A stretch of DNA of 64,000 nucleotides, from positions 31,558,001 to 31,622,000 of the forward strand of contig JANJGN010000023.1 in the NCBI GenBank assembly GCA_026770705.1, given 5' to 3'. The position numbers and the translations under genes were made by a program. This document shows, one piece after another, positions 50,680 to 62,910 of the stretch (positions within the stretch are counted from its first letter, which is position 1; each line of letters begins with the position of its first letter). The notes beneath the pieces were generated by a model, which saw nothing but the letters and a program-made list of their open reading frames with translations, did no database searches and had not been told where the DNA came from. This DNA is from Isurus oxyrinchus (Eukaryota).

Positions 50680-52420
50680 CAAGTTTTATTTTGCAAAATT
50701 ATATTTTATTCATAAAATATCTAAAAGAACATTACCAAACATTTCAAAATGGCTATCGCAGAAATTGCAATGATATTCAAATTTTCTACATGTTGCACTC
50801 TGAGGTGCTTCAACACAATGAAAAGAACATTACAAACATTACAAAATGATCATTACAGAAAGCGTAATGGTATTCAAATTTTCTACATAGATCATGTTGC
50901 ACTTTGAGATGCTTCAATACTGTTGTGAAATATGTAATACATGTAATATTTATCATACACATTCAAAGTGAGTCAAGAGGCGTTCAATACAATTTCCAGC
51001 CTCTCGGTGCACTATGGATGAAAGGCCTTGGACAGCGGCCTTTCCCCATTGTGCCTCTATGGCAGCTACCCCAAGCTTTAGTGCATCCCTCAGCACTTAA
51101 TCCTGGATTTTGGAATGTGCCAGTCTGCAACACTTGGGCAAGGACAACTCTTTGCACTGGAAGACCAACATGTTTCGAGCTGACCAAAGAGTGTCTTTCA
51201 CTGAACTGATGATCATCCAGCTGCAATTGATGTTTATCTTTGTGTACGTCCCTTCAAACAGCCCATAGAGCACAGAGTCCTGTGTCACAGATCTGCTTGG
51301 AATGAACCTCAACAAAAATCACTGAATCTCTCTACAGACCTTCTTTGCAAAGGCACATTCCACAAGGAGGTGGACAACAGTCTCTTCCCCACCACAACCA
51401 CCTCAAAGGCAACACGTGGAGAGGGTGAGACTCCGAGAGTGTAGGAAAGATCTGATGGGGAGAGCCTTTTTCACCACCAGCCAAGCTACGTCTTGGTGCT
51501 TGTTTGAAAGTTCTGGTAATGAGACATTCTGCCAAATGACTTTGACAGTCTACTTAGGGAGCCATCCAACAGGATCCACCATCTCCTTTTCCCACAAGGC
51601 CTTCAGGATGTTACGTGCAGATCATTGCCTGATGGCATTGTGGTCAAATGTGTTTTGCGGCATAAATTTTTCCACGAGGGACAGGTGGTCCAACTACTTG
51701 GAGCATTCTACAGCAGCGTGGCCAGACCCATCCTTCGCAACATTGGGGACAGGCAGAACCTCAGCATGTAGTGACATTTGGTGTTTGTGTACCAAGGGTC
51801 TACACACAGCTTAATGCAGCCACACAAACATGGCTATCAGGATGAGGGCAATGCGAGGCACCTTTTCTCCCCCTGCATCTAGAGGTTTGTACATGGTGTC
51901 CCTGTGAGCACGGTCCATTTTTGACTCTAGATAAAGCGGAAGATGGCTCAGGTGATTGCCACAGCACAGGAGTGAGGAATGGGCCAGACCTGCACATTGT
52001 ACAGCAACAAAGACAGCCTCAAGCCTGATGACTAGGCATCACTCCCAGTTTTTGTTTGACCATAACTACTCGTTCATTCCAGTTTCTGGCCCATGCCTTA
52101 TCCCTCCAAACCATATCCCCAGCGCCTTCAGGCAGTCTGACCTAGCGGTGAAGGGGACAATGGATCAATCAGCTCAGTTCCCAAAGAACATGGCCTTGCT
52201 CTTGTTGTAATTTAGCTTGGCTCCCGAGGCGAAGTTGAACTGGTTCATCAGTCTGTGCACCAACAGTGGATCCAAGCAGAAGATGGTGACATCATTCATT
52301 TACAGGGAGGCTTTGACCTGGGTGCCTCCATTGCCTGGGATCATCACTCTTTTTAAGCTCAAATCCTTCCTGCTGGACCACAAGTTTATCATAACGAGTG
52401 ATTGAAAATTGTTCTCCAAA
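50680..52420 (-). mobile_element. L1/Tx1-clade LINE 3' half, decayed
   Basis: Minus strand: IPGNGGTQVKASL*MNDVTIF (YMDD-equivalent), ASGAKLNYNKSKAM, LKALGIWFGG, VKDTLWSARNMLVFQ. The 3' UTR has a ~100-bp tandem duplication (50722-50925). Confidence 0.8.
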
Positions 52421-53574
52421 CAATTATTGCAGCAATACATAAGTACCAATTTTATGAATGGACAACACATCATAGGCAGCATACCCATGATTTTCTGAAA
52501 TGCACAGAAAATAGTGCTCATTCATTCACAAAATCATTCATACAGTATCTATGTGTATTAGAAACTTGCATCTCTGCAGACTTTGTCAAATTTTTTACAT
52601 TATAAACTCTCATGCCCACCTTTAGAATGTAAATCTCCCATTCTGTAGCTATATCTCCTACCCATAGCGTTTCTAAATGCCTCAGTTTTGTATCCCTTAG
52701 CCACTTTTAATCCCACTTGTCTACCTCTCAAATTACGTAAGGGATATTTAAGTCAATGTGTTAAATAAAAATAAGAACAGAATGTGTGATTTTTGAAATG
52801 GGGACTGAATTACATCTGCAAACCCTGGTCCAAAAATTCCCTGTTCTCCAACCCTGCTTCACCTGTGGACTATGCATGGCAGTGATTCCATCTGCATACA
52901 ACCATGGAAGATTAATTAATACATAAAAATGGCAGAATTATTAAAAGATTGACAATTTTTAAAAAAACTAAAAGAGAGCTGCAAATATTGTAACAGAAAA
53001 AATACTGTATTCCTTTAAATGCTTAATGGTATCTTAAACTCCCCTTTTAGCTGTGCAAAATGGGTTTTAAATGGAAAAAGATTCATCCTTGCTTATAAGC
53101 TGGAAAATTTCACCAGGTATTCATTTGAATATGTTTTCATTACTTCTGAGGCTTGAATGAGGCTAGAACATAAAATGTTCAAAGCAAGCAAAATGCAGCC
53201 ATACAGAAAATTGCAGGGGAAAAGAATTGGTACAAAAATATTTTGTATAGGCCAGATTCTGAATTTGGAGTTTTGTCAATGTAATCAATCACTCTGTGGT
53301 CAAATGCTACAGGGAAATCAGCCTTTTAAATTACAAGAGGCACCTCTTCTGCTAGCATCAGACCCTGGCAAAAATAAGAAATGCCTGCTTAATCCTGGAA
53401 TGCAAATGAAGTGAAATTGGCAGGAATTTCGACAGATGGCATTATCCCCTCAGTCCTGCCTCTTTTGGCGATGTCTCCTCAGGTGTGGGGGTGGGAGGGG
53501 GGGGGGTGCTGGCGGGGGTAATGGCATATGGAACGTCTCCCCACTCCCTGCTTTCAGTGGAAATTTCAGTGAAA

Positions 53575-53748
53575 GATAAAGAATTTGCCTTTCTACAGTG
53601 CCTTTCGCATCATTTCAGATTATCCCAAGGTACTTTCAGAATACAGACGCTGTTGCAATGTAGGGAAATGTGGCACAGAAAGATTCCACAGACTCCGCTA
53701 AGATGCAGTCTGTTTTAGTGATGTGTATAGAGGGATAAAATTGGACAG
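53575..53748 (-). mobile_element. SacSINE1-like fragment
   Basis: 'gaatttgcctttctacagtgcctttc..cccaaggtacttt..tgttttagtgatg..agggataaa'. Confidence 0.55.
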
Positions 53749-54354
53749 AAATTGTGATGGAGGCCCAGTGACCACCTTGCTGGGTAACAACACCAACATG
53801 TCACAAGTTTCCCAGGAATTTCTGGCTGAATATGTTGAAAAATCTATTCACATAATTTCCAAATCCTAGTTCAGTAACTGGCACAATTGTTAAACACACA
53901 TTGCTCCTCATGTACATTCAGCCTTAGCAACAAACTTGATGCACCGATTCATCTCACCTCAACAATACTACAGGTAAATCAAATGTTACGTTAATAAAAG
54001 AGTAAGATAGGATTAATTGCCTTTGTCTGAGGTAGTGATTTTAAACAGATGGATGAAATGTCAAACATCTCTGCACAAAACTATGCTACTTTTGTGCAAA
54101 AAGTCAACAATATGTTCAAAATATGGAACAGCTTGTCTTAAAACAGAAATATCATCACACTAATATGAGTTGGCGTGATCAGCTATCAAAATGGTGTTTC
54201 TCTTTTCTGTTTACATATCCATGAAGATCTGGCTGTTGAGGTTTGGGAACAAGGCCCATGGCTGGTGTTTTGGACTGAGGCGAAGAGAGAAGAGGGAACA
54301 CCTCAGTCACAGGAAAGATGGACCACAGTAGCTTTGACTTTAGAACTTGAGTAT

Positions 54355-54915
54355 TGCTAAAAAATGTAGTGTCTGTGGTATATGAAATTTCATGCTGGTG
54401 TAATGCCAGGCACACAGGCCCAATGACTGACAAATTGTATCCCTTCGGGCTGTTCGCAATAGGCAGAATACTGACTATACTCAACCATCCCATGTTTGTA
54501 AAACTCAGAACATGATGTCTAATGTTAGATGTGATTCCGCAATTGGACAGCACTTGCTGAAGAATCCTGAGTGTGCTAAGAATTACCCTGAGAGCCAATT
54601 TAAGATTACCAGTCAGGCTCACAATTTACACTTGCTAGAAGCTACATATATTCATGTGCGGGGACCTATCCCCTGCAGGCAAAAGGGACATGTCCACACA
54701 TTGTGCCTTCATTGAATTAAACAAAAGCCTGGGGTATAAGAGTTTCCAGGTGCATTTTCTGTGGCAACATCTCAACCAATCAAAGTTCACTTGCCAACCA
54801 ATCAGCACCCTTTCCTCATGCAGTACAAATGTTGCTCTCTTTGAAATTTGGCATTCTTGCATTTGTCCTGATGGGTGCAAAACCAAAGCTTCGCCAGTAT
54901 GTCTCTTTTTTCAGC
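54355..54915 (+). mobile_element. Penelope-like element 3' end (GIY-YIG endonuclease C-terminus plus terminal repeat)
   Basis: VVYEISCWCNARHTG, then SAIGQHLLKNPECAKNY..FKI..LHLLEATYIH..PIPCRQK. Confidence 0.8.
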
Positions 54916-55067
54916 TTTTACTTTAGTTCAGTGTGATTGACTGCTGACACGTGGGCCTTGCACAGTTGACCTTGGTATTCATTTTTGTTTCACCAGCTAT
55001 GATGAAAACGCTGCCCAGTTTAAAGCGTTTTTTTAGAAAAAAAATAAAAACACTCCTATCAAATACA

Positions 55068-55287
55068 GAGATAAAAACAAAAAACTGCGGATGCTGGAAA
55101 TCCAAAACAAAAACAGAATTACCTGGAAAAACTCAGCAGGTCTGGCAGCATCGGCGGAGAAGAAAAGAGTTGACGTTTCGAGTCCTCATGACCCTTCCAA
55201 GTTCTGTCGAAGGGTCATGAGGACTCGAAACGTCAACTCTTTTCTTCTCCGCCGATGCTGCCAGACCAGCTGAGTTTTTCCAGGTAA
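55068..55287. mobile_element. Young Penelope-derived palindromic insertion with a 14-bp TSD
   Basis: 80-bp arms 55118-55197 / 55209-55288 with 1 mismatch. TCCTATCAAATACA is repeated at 55054-55067 and 55288-55301. Confidence 0.9.
55200..55238 (+). ncRNA. Minimal type I hammerhead ribozyme-like motif (variant core CUGUCGA)
   Basis: AGTT-CTGTCGA-A-GGGTC-atgag-GACTC-GAAA-C-GTC-AACT: stem I AGTT/AACT, 5-bp stem II, self-complementary ACGT stem III, GUC site. Confidence 0.6.
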
Positions 55288-55499
55288 TCCTATCAAATAC
55301 AACCTTATAAACTGCGCCTATGACAGAAAATCATCCCAAGGTGCTTTACAGAGGCGGAAGGAAAAAAAAACAGTTGTATCTCTGAACTGAAACGAGAGTT
55401 TGTTCAACAAACCTCAAAACGACCTTCAGCTGCATACAAAAAGTTTCCGTTGCTCAGAAATGACATGCACTCAAAAGCTGCCAAATTCGTCAGTTTGGC

Positions 55500-56247
55500 A
55501 ATGGACGATTCAGTGATCCCTGCCGGAAAGTGAATGCGAATCGGATGTCAAGTGCCAACAGGATTCGGCTCAGATGTGATGCCCCCCCGTGATTGAATAG
55601 GTTGCCAATGCTCACAAATGACATGAAACGTTTAATTGGAATCATTCCCTTGAAACAAATCAGCACCTTTGGAGGGGATGGATGGGGCGGGGGAAGAGAA
55701 AATTGAAGAAGGGAAAAACTATCTGATCTATTTCAGTAAAACTAGAAAACTTTTAGCTGGTTCGGAAACCGCCGAATTTGTCAGTTTTAACCCCAAGCAG
55801 CATTACAAAAAAGGTAACTACTTTTGTTTTGGAGTCCTCAGCTCTCTACATTTTTTACTAAGTTCTGTAGGTTTCCAAAACTGGGCAACTGTTTAGGAAA
55901 AATCCTCGCAGTCCATTTTCACGCAGCAGTTTCAAATGGGGGAGCTCAGCTGGTGCAGGAGGTGGAAGGGGAGAAGTCTCCGAACCAGCAAAACGTTTTT
56001 TTAGTTTGACAGAAATAGATCACACAGGTTGTTCTTCTTCAATTTTCTCCCCCTCCTCTCCACTCCAAAGGTGCTGATTTGTTTTAGGGAACAATTCCAC
56101 AAGAATCAGCCAATTAAACGTTTCATGTCATTTGTGAGCACTGGCAACCTATTCAGTCACGGGGGGCATCACACCTGAGCCGAATCCTAATGGCATTCGA
56201 CATCCAATGTGCATTCACTTTCCAGCAGGGGTCACTGGATCATCCAT
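55500..56247. repeat. Inverted pair of LF-SINE-like segments (55500-55711 / 56033-56247)
   Basis: Reverse-complement match with about 15 differences in the first ~140 bp by eye, plus a further shared 'aaacaaatcagcacctttggag..gagaaaattgaagaag'. Confidence 0.85.
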
Positions 56248-56499
56248 AATGGGAGTCCTGGCTGATTACATTTTCGAACCTGTTGAGTTTGGAGCTGGAA
56301 GGCTGCTCCATAGAATACTTGGGTGAAATATGGCTTTCTTTTTGATGCCAACCAGGCTCCAAACAAAGGCTTCCTCAAGTTTGCTCACAGGGGAACAGGA
56401 GCACACTTAAAACCCCTCAATTAAAGGGTCTTAAATGAGAAGTTTATCATGTTTCAGATTGCCAGCATCCGCAGTATTGTAGCGTTTTATCATTGCTCT

Positions 56500-57059
56500 T
56501 GTTCATGAAATAACAGCGCTGCTTGCCTATTCGGCCACAGTCGCAGCCCATTGGAGTAATTCATAGTCTTGAGGAGGGCTTTGGAACCTCCTGAGAGATG
56601 TGATATTGAGATGCCAGTTTGGCGCTGGCTCAGGAGCAGCTCTGTCAAGTTATCAGCTCGGCCGATCTCTGAAGGGAGGGGGCAGCACTGAGCTTCAGTG
56701 TGAAAGAGCAGGAAGTCGAGGAGCGACCCCACTCGCTGCTGCTGCCACACGGTCACAAGGACCTGGAAGATGGACTATTTCTAGGTGAATTTCTCTCGAC
56801 ACCATCACTAGCATCATCCGTGGATCTGCTCTGCTCTTGATTGTGAATGCTCTGGCGTGGCAATTAGCCAGACTTTCCGCGGGAGAAACAAAGAGATAAT
56901 AGAGAGAGAGAAAAAAAAGTTGTGACTTGGAGGAGGGAAAAGAAGTTGAGAATAAAAGTGGAGCTGGTGTTTACATGGGTTTCTTGCTGGGTACTAAGGC
57001 GCTGCTCCGACTGGATAAAAGTGCTGTGAACTGGGAGCAAAGTGACCTAAACTTAATCA
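56500..57059 (+). promoter_or_regulatory. Putative BAMBI promoter / 5' UTR (TSS not determined)
   Basis: Non-repetitive, locally CpG-enriched sequence directly upstream of the ATG, with GGCG-type motifs (56620, 56854) and CAGAC (56869). Confidence 0.5.
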
Positions 57060-57135
57060 ATGGATCGCCATCCAAACTCGATAGCTGTGTGGCTGCAGTT
57101 GGAATTATGTGTCATTACCATTCTGTTCACAAAAG
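57060..57135 (+). CDS. BAMBI: BMP and activin membrane-bound inhibitor, coding exon 1 (signal peptide); the rest lies beyond the window
   Basis: Translates MDRHPNSIAVWLQLELCVITILFTK(G), versus human BAMBI MDRHSSYIFIWLQLELCAMAVLLTKG as recalled. 76-nt phase-1 exon ending AAAG|GCAAGT. Confidence 0.93.
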
Positions 57136-60100
57136 GCAAGTAGTCTGACTGTCAAATAGCACTGAAGTATCTAATTTCTCACATTGAACAGATCGCGGGA
57201 TACAACCTTTCTAACTTTTTGAAAAAAAGTTATAAAAATGTATTTTATAAGCTTTAGTTTGAATCATTCTATTACTTTTGATGTTCAATTTCAATCTACA
57301 TTCTCTGATATTTGTCTCGTATCGAAATTTTCTTAAACTGAAGTGGAAAATACACCGAATATAGTAGAGGTCCCGCTGCTTTAACGAATAGATCGGTGTT
57401 GCCTATACTGTAAAGTGTAACGTGACAATACACAAGGTTTTTAACTCCAGGTTGCCGGTAGCTGTCCGAGACTTGCGGTGTTTCTCGCTGGACAGTGATT
57501 AAGGAGCAAAGGATGGAATGAGATGTGACAGGGGCTCGCTCTGGAAACTCGCTAATGAATGTTGAGTGAGTTTCCTGGAGTGTGGAACCAAAAAAAAACA
57601 CGATTAGATTATTGACCAAGAAGAGCTTGAACTGCACTAATTGCATGAGAATATCTGTCAAAGGTTCTTGGGGCAAATTAGAACAAAAGGTCCTTTTCAA
57701 AATACAGGCACAATTTTTCTCTCCTTTTTCCTTTATTTTATGTGTTTTTATTTCTTCATCTTTCCCCCTCTCAAATTATGAAACTGAAACCCCCACCCTT
57801 TTATAAATTTAATTCTTCATTTTATTAACTTCAACTGCTTCTCCAAGGAAATCTGAAAAGGTCCTAATTAGTTACAGATGAAAGCCTCACTAATTCAAAC
57901 TCTTTCCAATGACCCGAGTTAAGCCAGCCAGGCTGGCAATGATCTGATGAAAGGGGTTGTTTCGGGGTCAGTCATTGTTATAAACATTGATTCAAGTTTA
58001 CAAAGCGTGTGGACAAAATTGTGTCGAAGACACGAACCATTAACGTTTCCTATTGCAGCTACTTATCCACTAGGTCCTCCTTATCATTATTAATAACAGT
58101 CCAGAAATTGCACACTGCGATATTTGCACACTAATGTTTAACACATTCCTATGAAATTACCTTCTCCAGATTAATAGAAATATGTTTAGTTTTAAACAGC
58201 CCTGCTTAAATAGCAAAGTAACTTCGTAGGAACAAGTTAAGCATTTAAGACTAGTAGCGCTCATTGCAACGTTCAGGTTAATTCTGAACCACAAGTAATT
58301 ATGGTCCTAAAGTCCCGTTGTAGCTTGCCGCAACTCCCTCTCCTCCTTAAAACTCACCTTTCTGATCAAACATTTGGACTCCCCCTTACTCCCATATCTC
58401 CTTCTTTGACTTGACACCCTTTGGTTTTCGATTGTGCTCCTGTGAAACAATGTGCACCATTTTTCGACATTAAAGGCATTATATAAATGCACACTGGAAG
58501 CATTTCCTACATCTATAGAATAATATAGTTGAAAATACATTGTTAAATCATATGTACAACCATGGGTGGTAGGGGGCAGGTTGGGGGAAAAAGGATGTAC
58601 GCCCATCTTATCTGGGATGGTACATGTTCCCAATCTCTCCCCCATTCCAAACACTATCAATACCCCAATGTCTTCTCCAATTTGTTAATGTCATTGTGCC
58701 TCTGAATGAAACAATTTGAAAAGGTAGGCTGCATTTCAGTTTATAAAAAAAGCTGTAGATTTAGAAGGTGATGTTTAACTTTCCTTGTGAGTTGATTTTA
58801 CACAGGCTAACAATAAAGTTCAGGTTCCCCATTTTTAGGGCTGTGCAGTCCTTAACTAATTGAACGTTCTTGTATCTAGTCTGCCAATGATTTATCAAGT
58901 GTGCCCTCTGTAAATCATGCACCTGACTATTCAGTAAATGATGAAGATATATAATCAGGAAATTTCAGTAAATGAGATCCTAAACTCCCAATGAACTCAG
59001 AGACTGCAGAGAATTGATTGTAATATTTAGTTGAAGAACACTTTATTCAATGTTGGTGAAAATACTAAAGTTTGTTTTCCTAAATAACTTGCATTGTTTT
59101 GGAAGAAAAGCAAAATGACAGTTCCAAGAGGTAGCTCAGTGATTTGCCTTGAGTTCTTGACTCCCAACCAGAAAGCTGCTGATCTTGACTCCCTAAGCTG
59201 TGGGGACTTCGCTACACTTGTGTGGTCTGGCAACTGTGGGGAAAAAAACAAAAAAGCAGGCTCTCCTAACACTGACCACCTTTGTCCAGTTTCTGAAAGG
59301 CATGTGCAACATCTGGCTGCATTGGGTGTTGCACAAGTTTAAAGCCCGCTTTACGGGATCATAACAACGAAAGGGGTTCTCATTCTGCGCAGCAGTCAAC
59401 GTGAGTTTGTAACTATGTTTTAATTTAAGCTGTAGAGTTGCACAATAGGCAGCGTGCTTCACTTCCAAAGCTCTGTGTCGCTGGACCAGGATATAATGAA
59501 GGATCCAACAGCAAAAATAGCAACTGGCCTCTTATCCCCACTCTCGTCGCATGCAGACGTTGCCCCACTCTCTCATCTTAACACAGCATTGCCCATTCCC
59601 AGGCCCTAACAGTTAAAATGTTCCACACAACATCCAATCACTTTGACCTGCATTGATCTATATGACTCTTACCCCTGTTCCTAATCATTCTCTTCAGTGT
59701 TTCAGAGGTACTAAACAACATTTACTGCTTTAACTAGCAGTCGGTCCCTAATCTCTGTAGGGAAAATTATCCTCCTACTCACTAGTCTCACTTGAGGCCA
59801 ATTAAAGTTATACTCTTGCCCTTCAGCTCTATCTTCACAGTCCAAGTTAAATAATCTGCTCACATCTATATTATTGCCATTTTAAAAACTGGGTCTGTTC
59901 TTTTCCTTACACCTATAATTGGCCGCACATTGACTCCTCCATTTCAATCACCATATGTGGCATGGGTTGGAGGAGCCATGGAATGGAGGTAGGTATTTTC
60001 AAGCAGTAAGGGTTTAATTTGGACAGTCGCAGACACCCGTTAACGGAGGAACTCAGAGCTACATTGGCACAAAACTAGGAGCAGGTTGTATACCTGTTCT

Positions 60101-62559
60101 GTTGTGGACTGCAGGAGAGGGGATTGTGGAGGAAGAGGGTATGGTGCATCAGGTTAAGTGTAGGCAATGCAATGTGGGGCAGGATAATGCAGTGGGGGTG
60201 GTGTAGTTTAGGTAAACAGTGCATAAAACTTAAAGGACAGGACTGGATTAAAATATAAAGCAATTGTAAATAAATAGCTCTCCCTTTGCCAGCAAAAGTA
60301 ACAAATGAGGACATATCAGGATTATAATACTTGTGTACTAAAAGCTCTTATGTGATAGAGTCCAGTAGAAAAAGATTTCAATTCACACTCATTAGTTGTT
60401 GTCTGATTTATGGGAATAAATATTGAGTCACATACTTCAGGGGATGAACCTTACCTTCAATAATAAACAGGAACACATGGTGAATTATTGAATAATTTGG
60501 AAATGAGATTTAATTATTGAGTCACGGGTTATGCCCAAGGTATTGTACTTTGGTATAAACCTACATTTTTCGAGAAGGAGAGGACAAAACTGTAAATAAA
60601 AGTCATGTAAGTGATGTAGAGGTTCAATGTGTGCCTACGGCAGTGAATGGTAGGCCACAGGATTGTAACTATGATTTCCACTCAGTGACCTCCAGATCTT
60701 TGCAGTTGTTCAACAGGGATGTTGAATGGGAGACCCAGCATTTCTCCTCAGAGAAGGGGAACTAAAATGGCTGCTCAATCATGGTGCTCCTCACATACTT
60801 CCCACCACAGATTGGAGAATGGCATTCTCAGACATCTGGGAGGTGATCACTTGCCTTTGTTTGAGCTCAAAAATGGTGGCCAGGATTTTCAGTTTCTGTC
60901 TTCGCCAGCTCAAGATCTCCTGCCCATTCAGTTTACTAGATAGATGAGCACAGCATTGGAATATGCCAGACCATTGCGTGAAACAAGATAGGACATGAGA
61001 ATGAAAGGCCAAGAAACAAAAGTTAGAATATTTAATGGGAGTTGAGGTAATGTACCTATTTGTTCCACTCAAGTGGCTGAGCATTGCTCAATCAGAGTTT
61101 GTTATCTGTGTTTTGCTCAATTGCCTCAGTCATGAGTCACTGTACAGTGATATGTAGCCACTATTGGTAAAACAGGATGAAAAATATCTCAGGGAAATAA
61201 CTTGTATGACTTTAAAGCCTACAATTCGTGAATTCTTGTGTCCATCAAGTTTAAAGGTTTTAGTGACTGGGAAACAAAAAGTGTTTTCGTTATCTACATT
61301 AGTTGACATGAAGCCCTTTCAAGTCAGGCATAGCATAGCTGAGATATAAAGTTAAGCTCATTGCCAATCAGTGGGCCCTAAGACAGCCTCCGCAGATACG
61401 TCCCTTTACATTGAGTTGTGAGTCACGTGATCAATCCATATGTTCCCTGAACCAACTGGTCAGTTTTACCAGTGCACCTTGTGAGGTTGCGCAGAACATA
61501 CAACTTGAGTAGGCATGTGCAGCAGACAGACACCACCATAACATAATTATCTTGCACCAAGGATAGTGGCATTCATTCTTCAAGTCTTCACCAGGAGATA
61601 ATTGTACCAAATATACAGTTCTATAGGTCTGGTGCTTGCTGTAAGTTCTCCATACACAGGATTTTGGAACCTGCTGTTTGCTGAAGGAACTTCATATGAC
61701 CCTAACTGAAATCCGAATGGAGAAATGGGTCAATGATTTCACTGCGCTGGGTTTTCTGCAACACAGGGGAAGACCAACCAAAGATGTTTGGATTCCATTC
61801 TAGTTTGCTCTTGGCAACCTCATAGCTTCTTTATTGCCAAGTTACTAGATTGAGCAGGACATTTGGAATGCTCCTTTGTCTAAATGCCAGGGGAATCTGC
61901 TAAGATCGCTAACATGGACCCCACTAGGATCCGGAGTGAGACAACTCAAACTCATTTTACTCAGGACCCTTATGGCTGTCTGGAAGAGGAGACTGTTTAT
62001 TCATCTGGGAAGAAATTAAAATTGGGTGCTAGAGGCAGTGATCTAATTATACTGCACCACCCGTGCCCTTTGAAAACATGTTTGAAAAGATGTTATCTAT
62101 TCCAAAGGACTTTACAAGCCAACATAAGAATTTTCAGTGCTTACACTATATCATTGCACTTTAGGTGATGGGATGTGTGGGGTACAAATTTGAAAATGAT
62201 ATTTTTGAAGGATTGTGCCAAATAATTTTACTATTAAATATCCCTTTGGAGTTGCTAAGTTAGCTATGTTTAGCCAAGGCACTTGATTTTCAGCGCATCA
62301 CGCACAAATTGACCTTAACTCACATGGAATAAGCATTTAATATAATTGCCTGTTGCCTGTCCAATAAACAAAAGGTTAAGGATACATCTGTCTGTTTGTT
62401 TTACTGTTGCAGTGATGCCAGCAGACTTCTGGTTGAACAGAATCTGAATGACTGGTTCAAATGCATATAAATAACTCCATCATGGCATGGCCAGCTAAGT
62501 CAATAAGATAATTAGTCAATTATTGAATCCATTTGTGGGTCCTATGCATCTTCTGGAAT

Positions 62560-62910
62560 TTTCCTGCATAGCTACTTGTGTGACAGCATTTGTTGGCTAC
62601 CTGCTTGTTAAAATGCCAGCATTTCCACTGGCATTTGTGTAAAGAAGTGCTTCCTAATATCACCTTCAATGATCAAGCTCTAATTTTAAGGCTATGCTGT
62701 CTTGTTCTGCATCCCCACACCAGAGGAAGTAGGTTTCTCTCTACCTTCTGTCATAACCCATTTAACTATCTTGAAAAAAAAACTTGACTAGATCATTCCT
62801 TAATCTCCCTATATTCAAGGGAGTGTAAAGCTAGTCCCCCAAATTTGTTTCATAATTTAACCCTTTTAGCTCTGGTATCATTCTGGTGAATCTGCACTGT
62901 ACCCATCCAT
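62560..62910 (-). mobile_element. Old CR1 fragment in BAMBI intron 1
   Basis: 'tgtgtaaagaagtgcttcct..aattttaaggctatgc..ccttttagctctggtatcattctggtgaatctgcactgtacc'. Confidence 0.7.

Noticed and set aside
56927-57148. 73-aa ORF as the gene product
   Set aside because: The BAMBI match is in a different frame starting at 57060. This frame is treated only as a candidate uORF.
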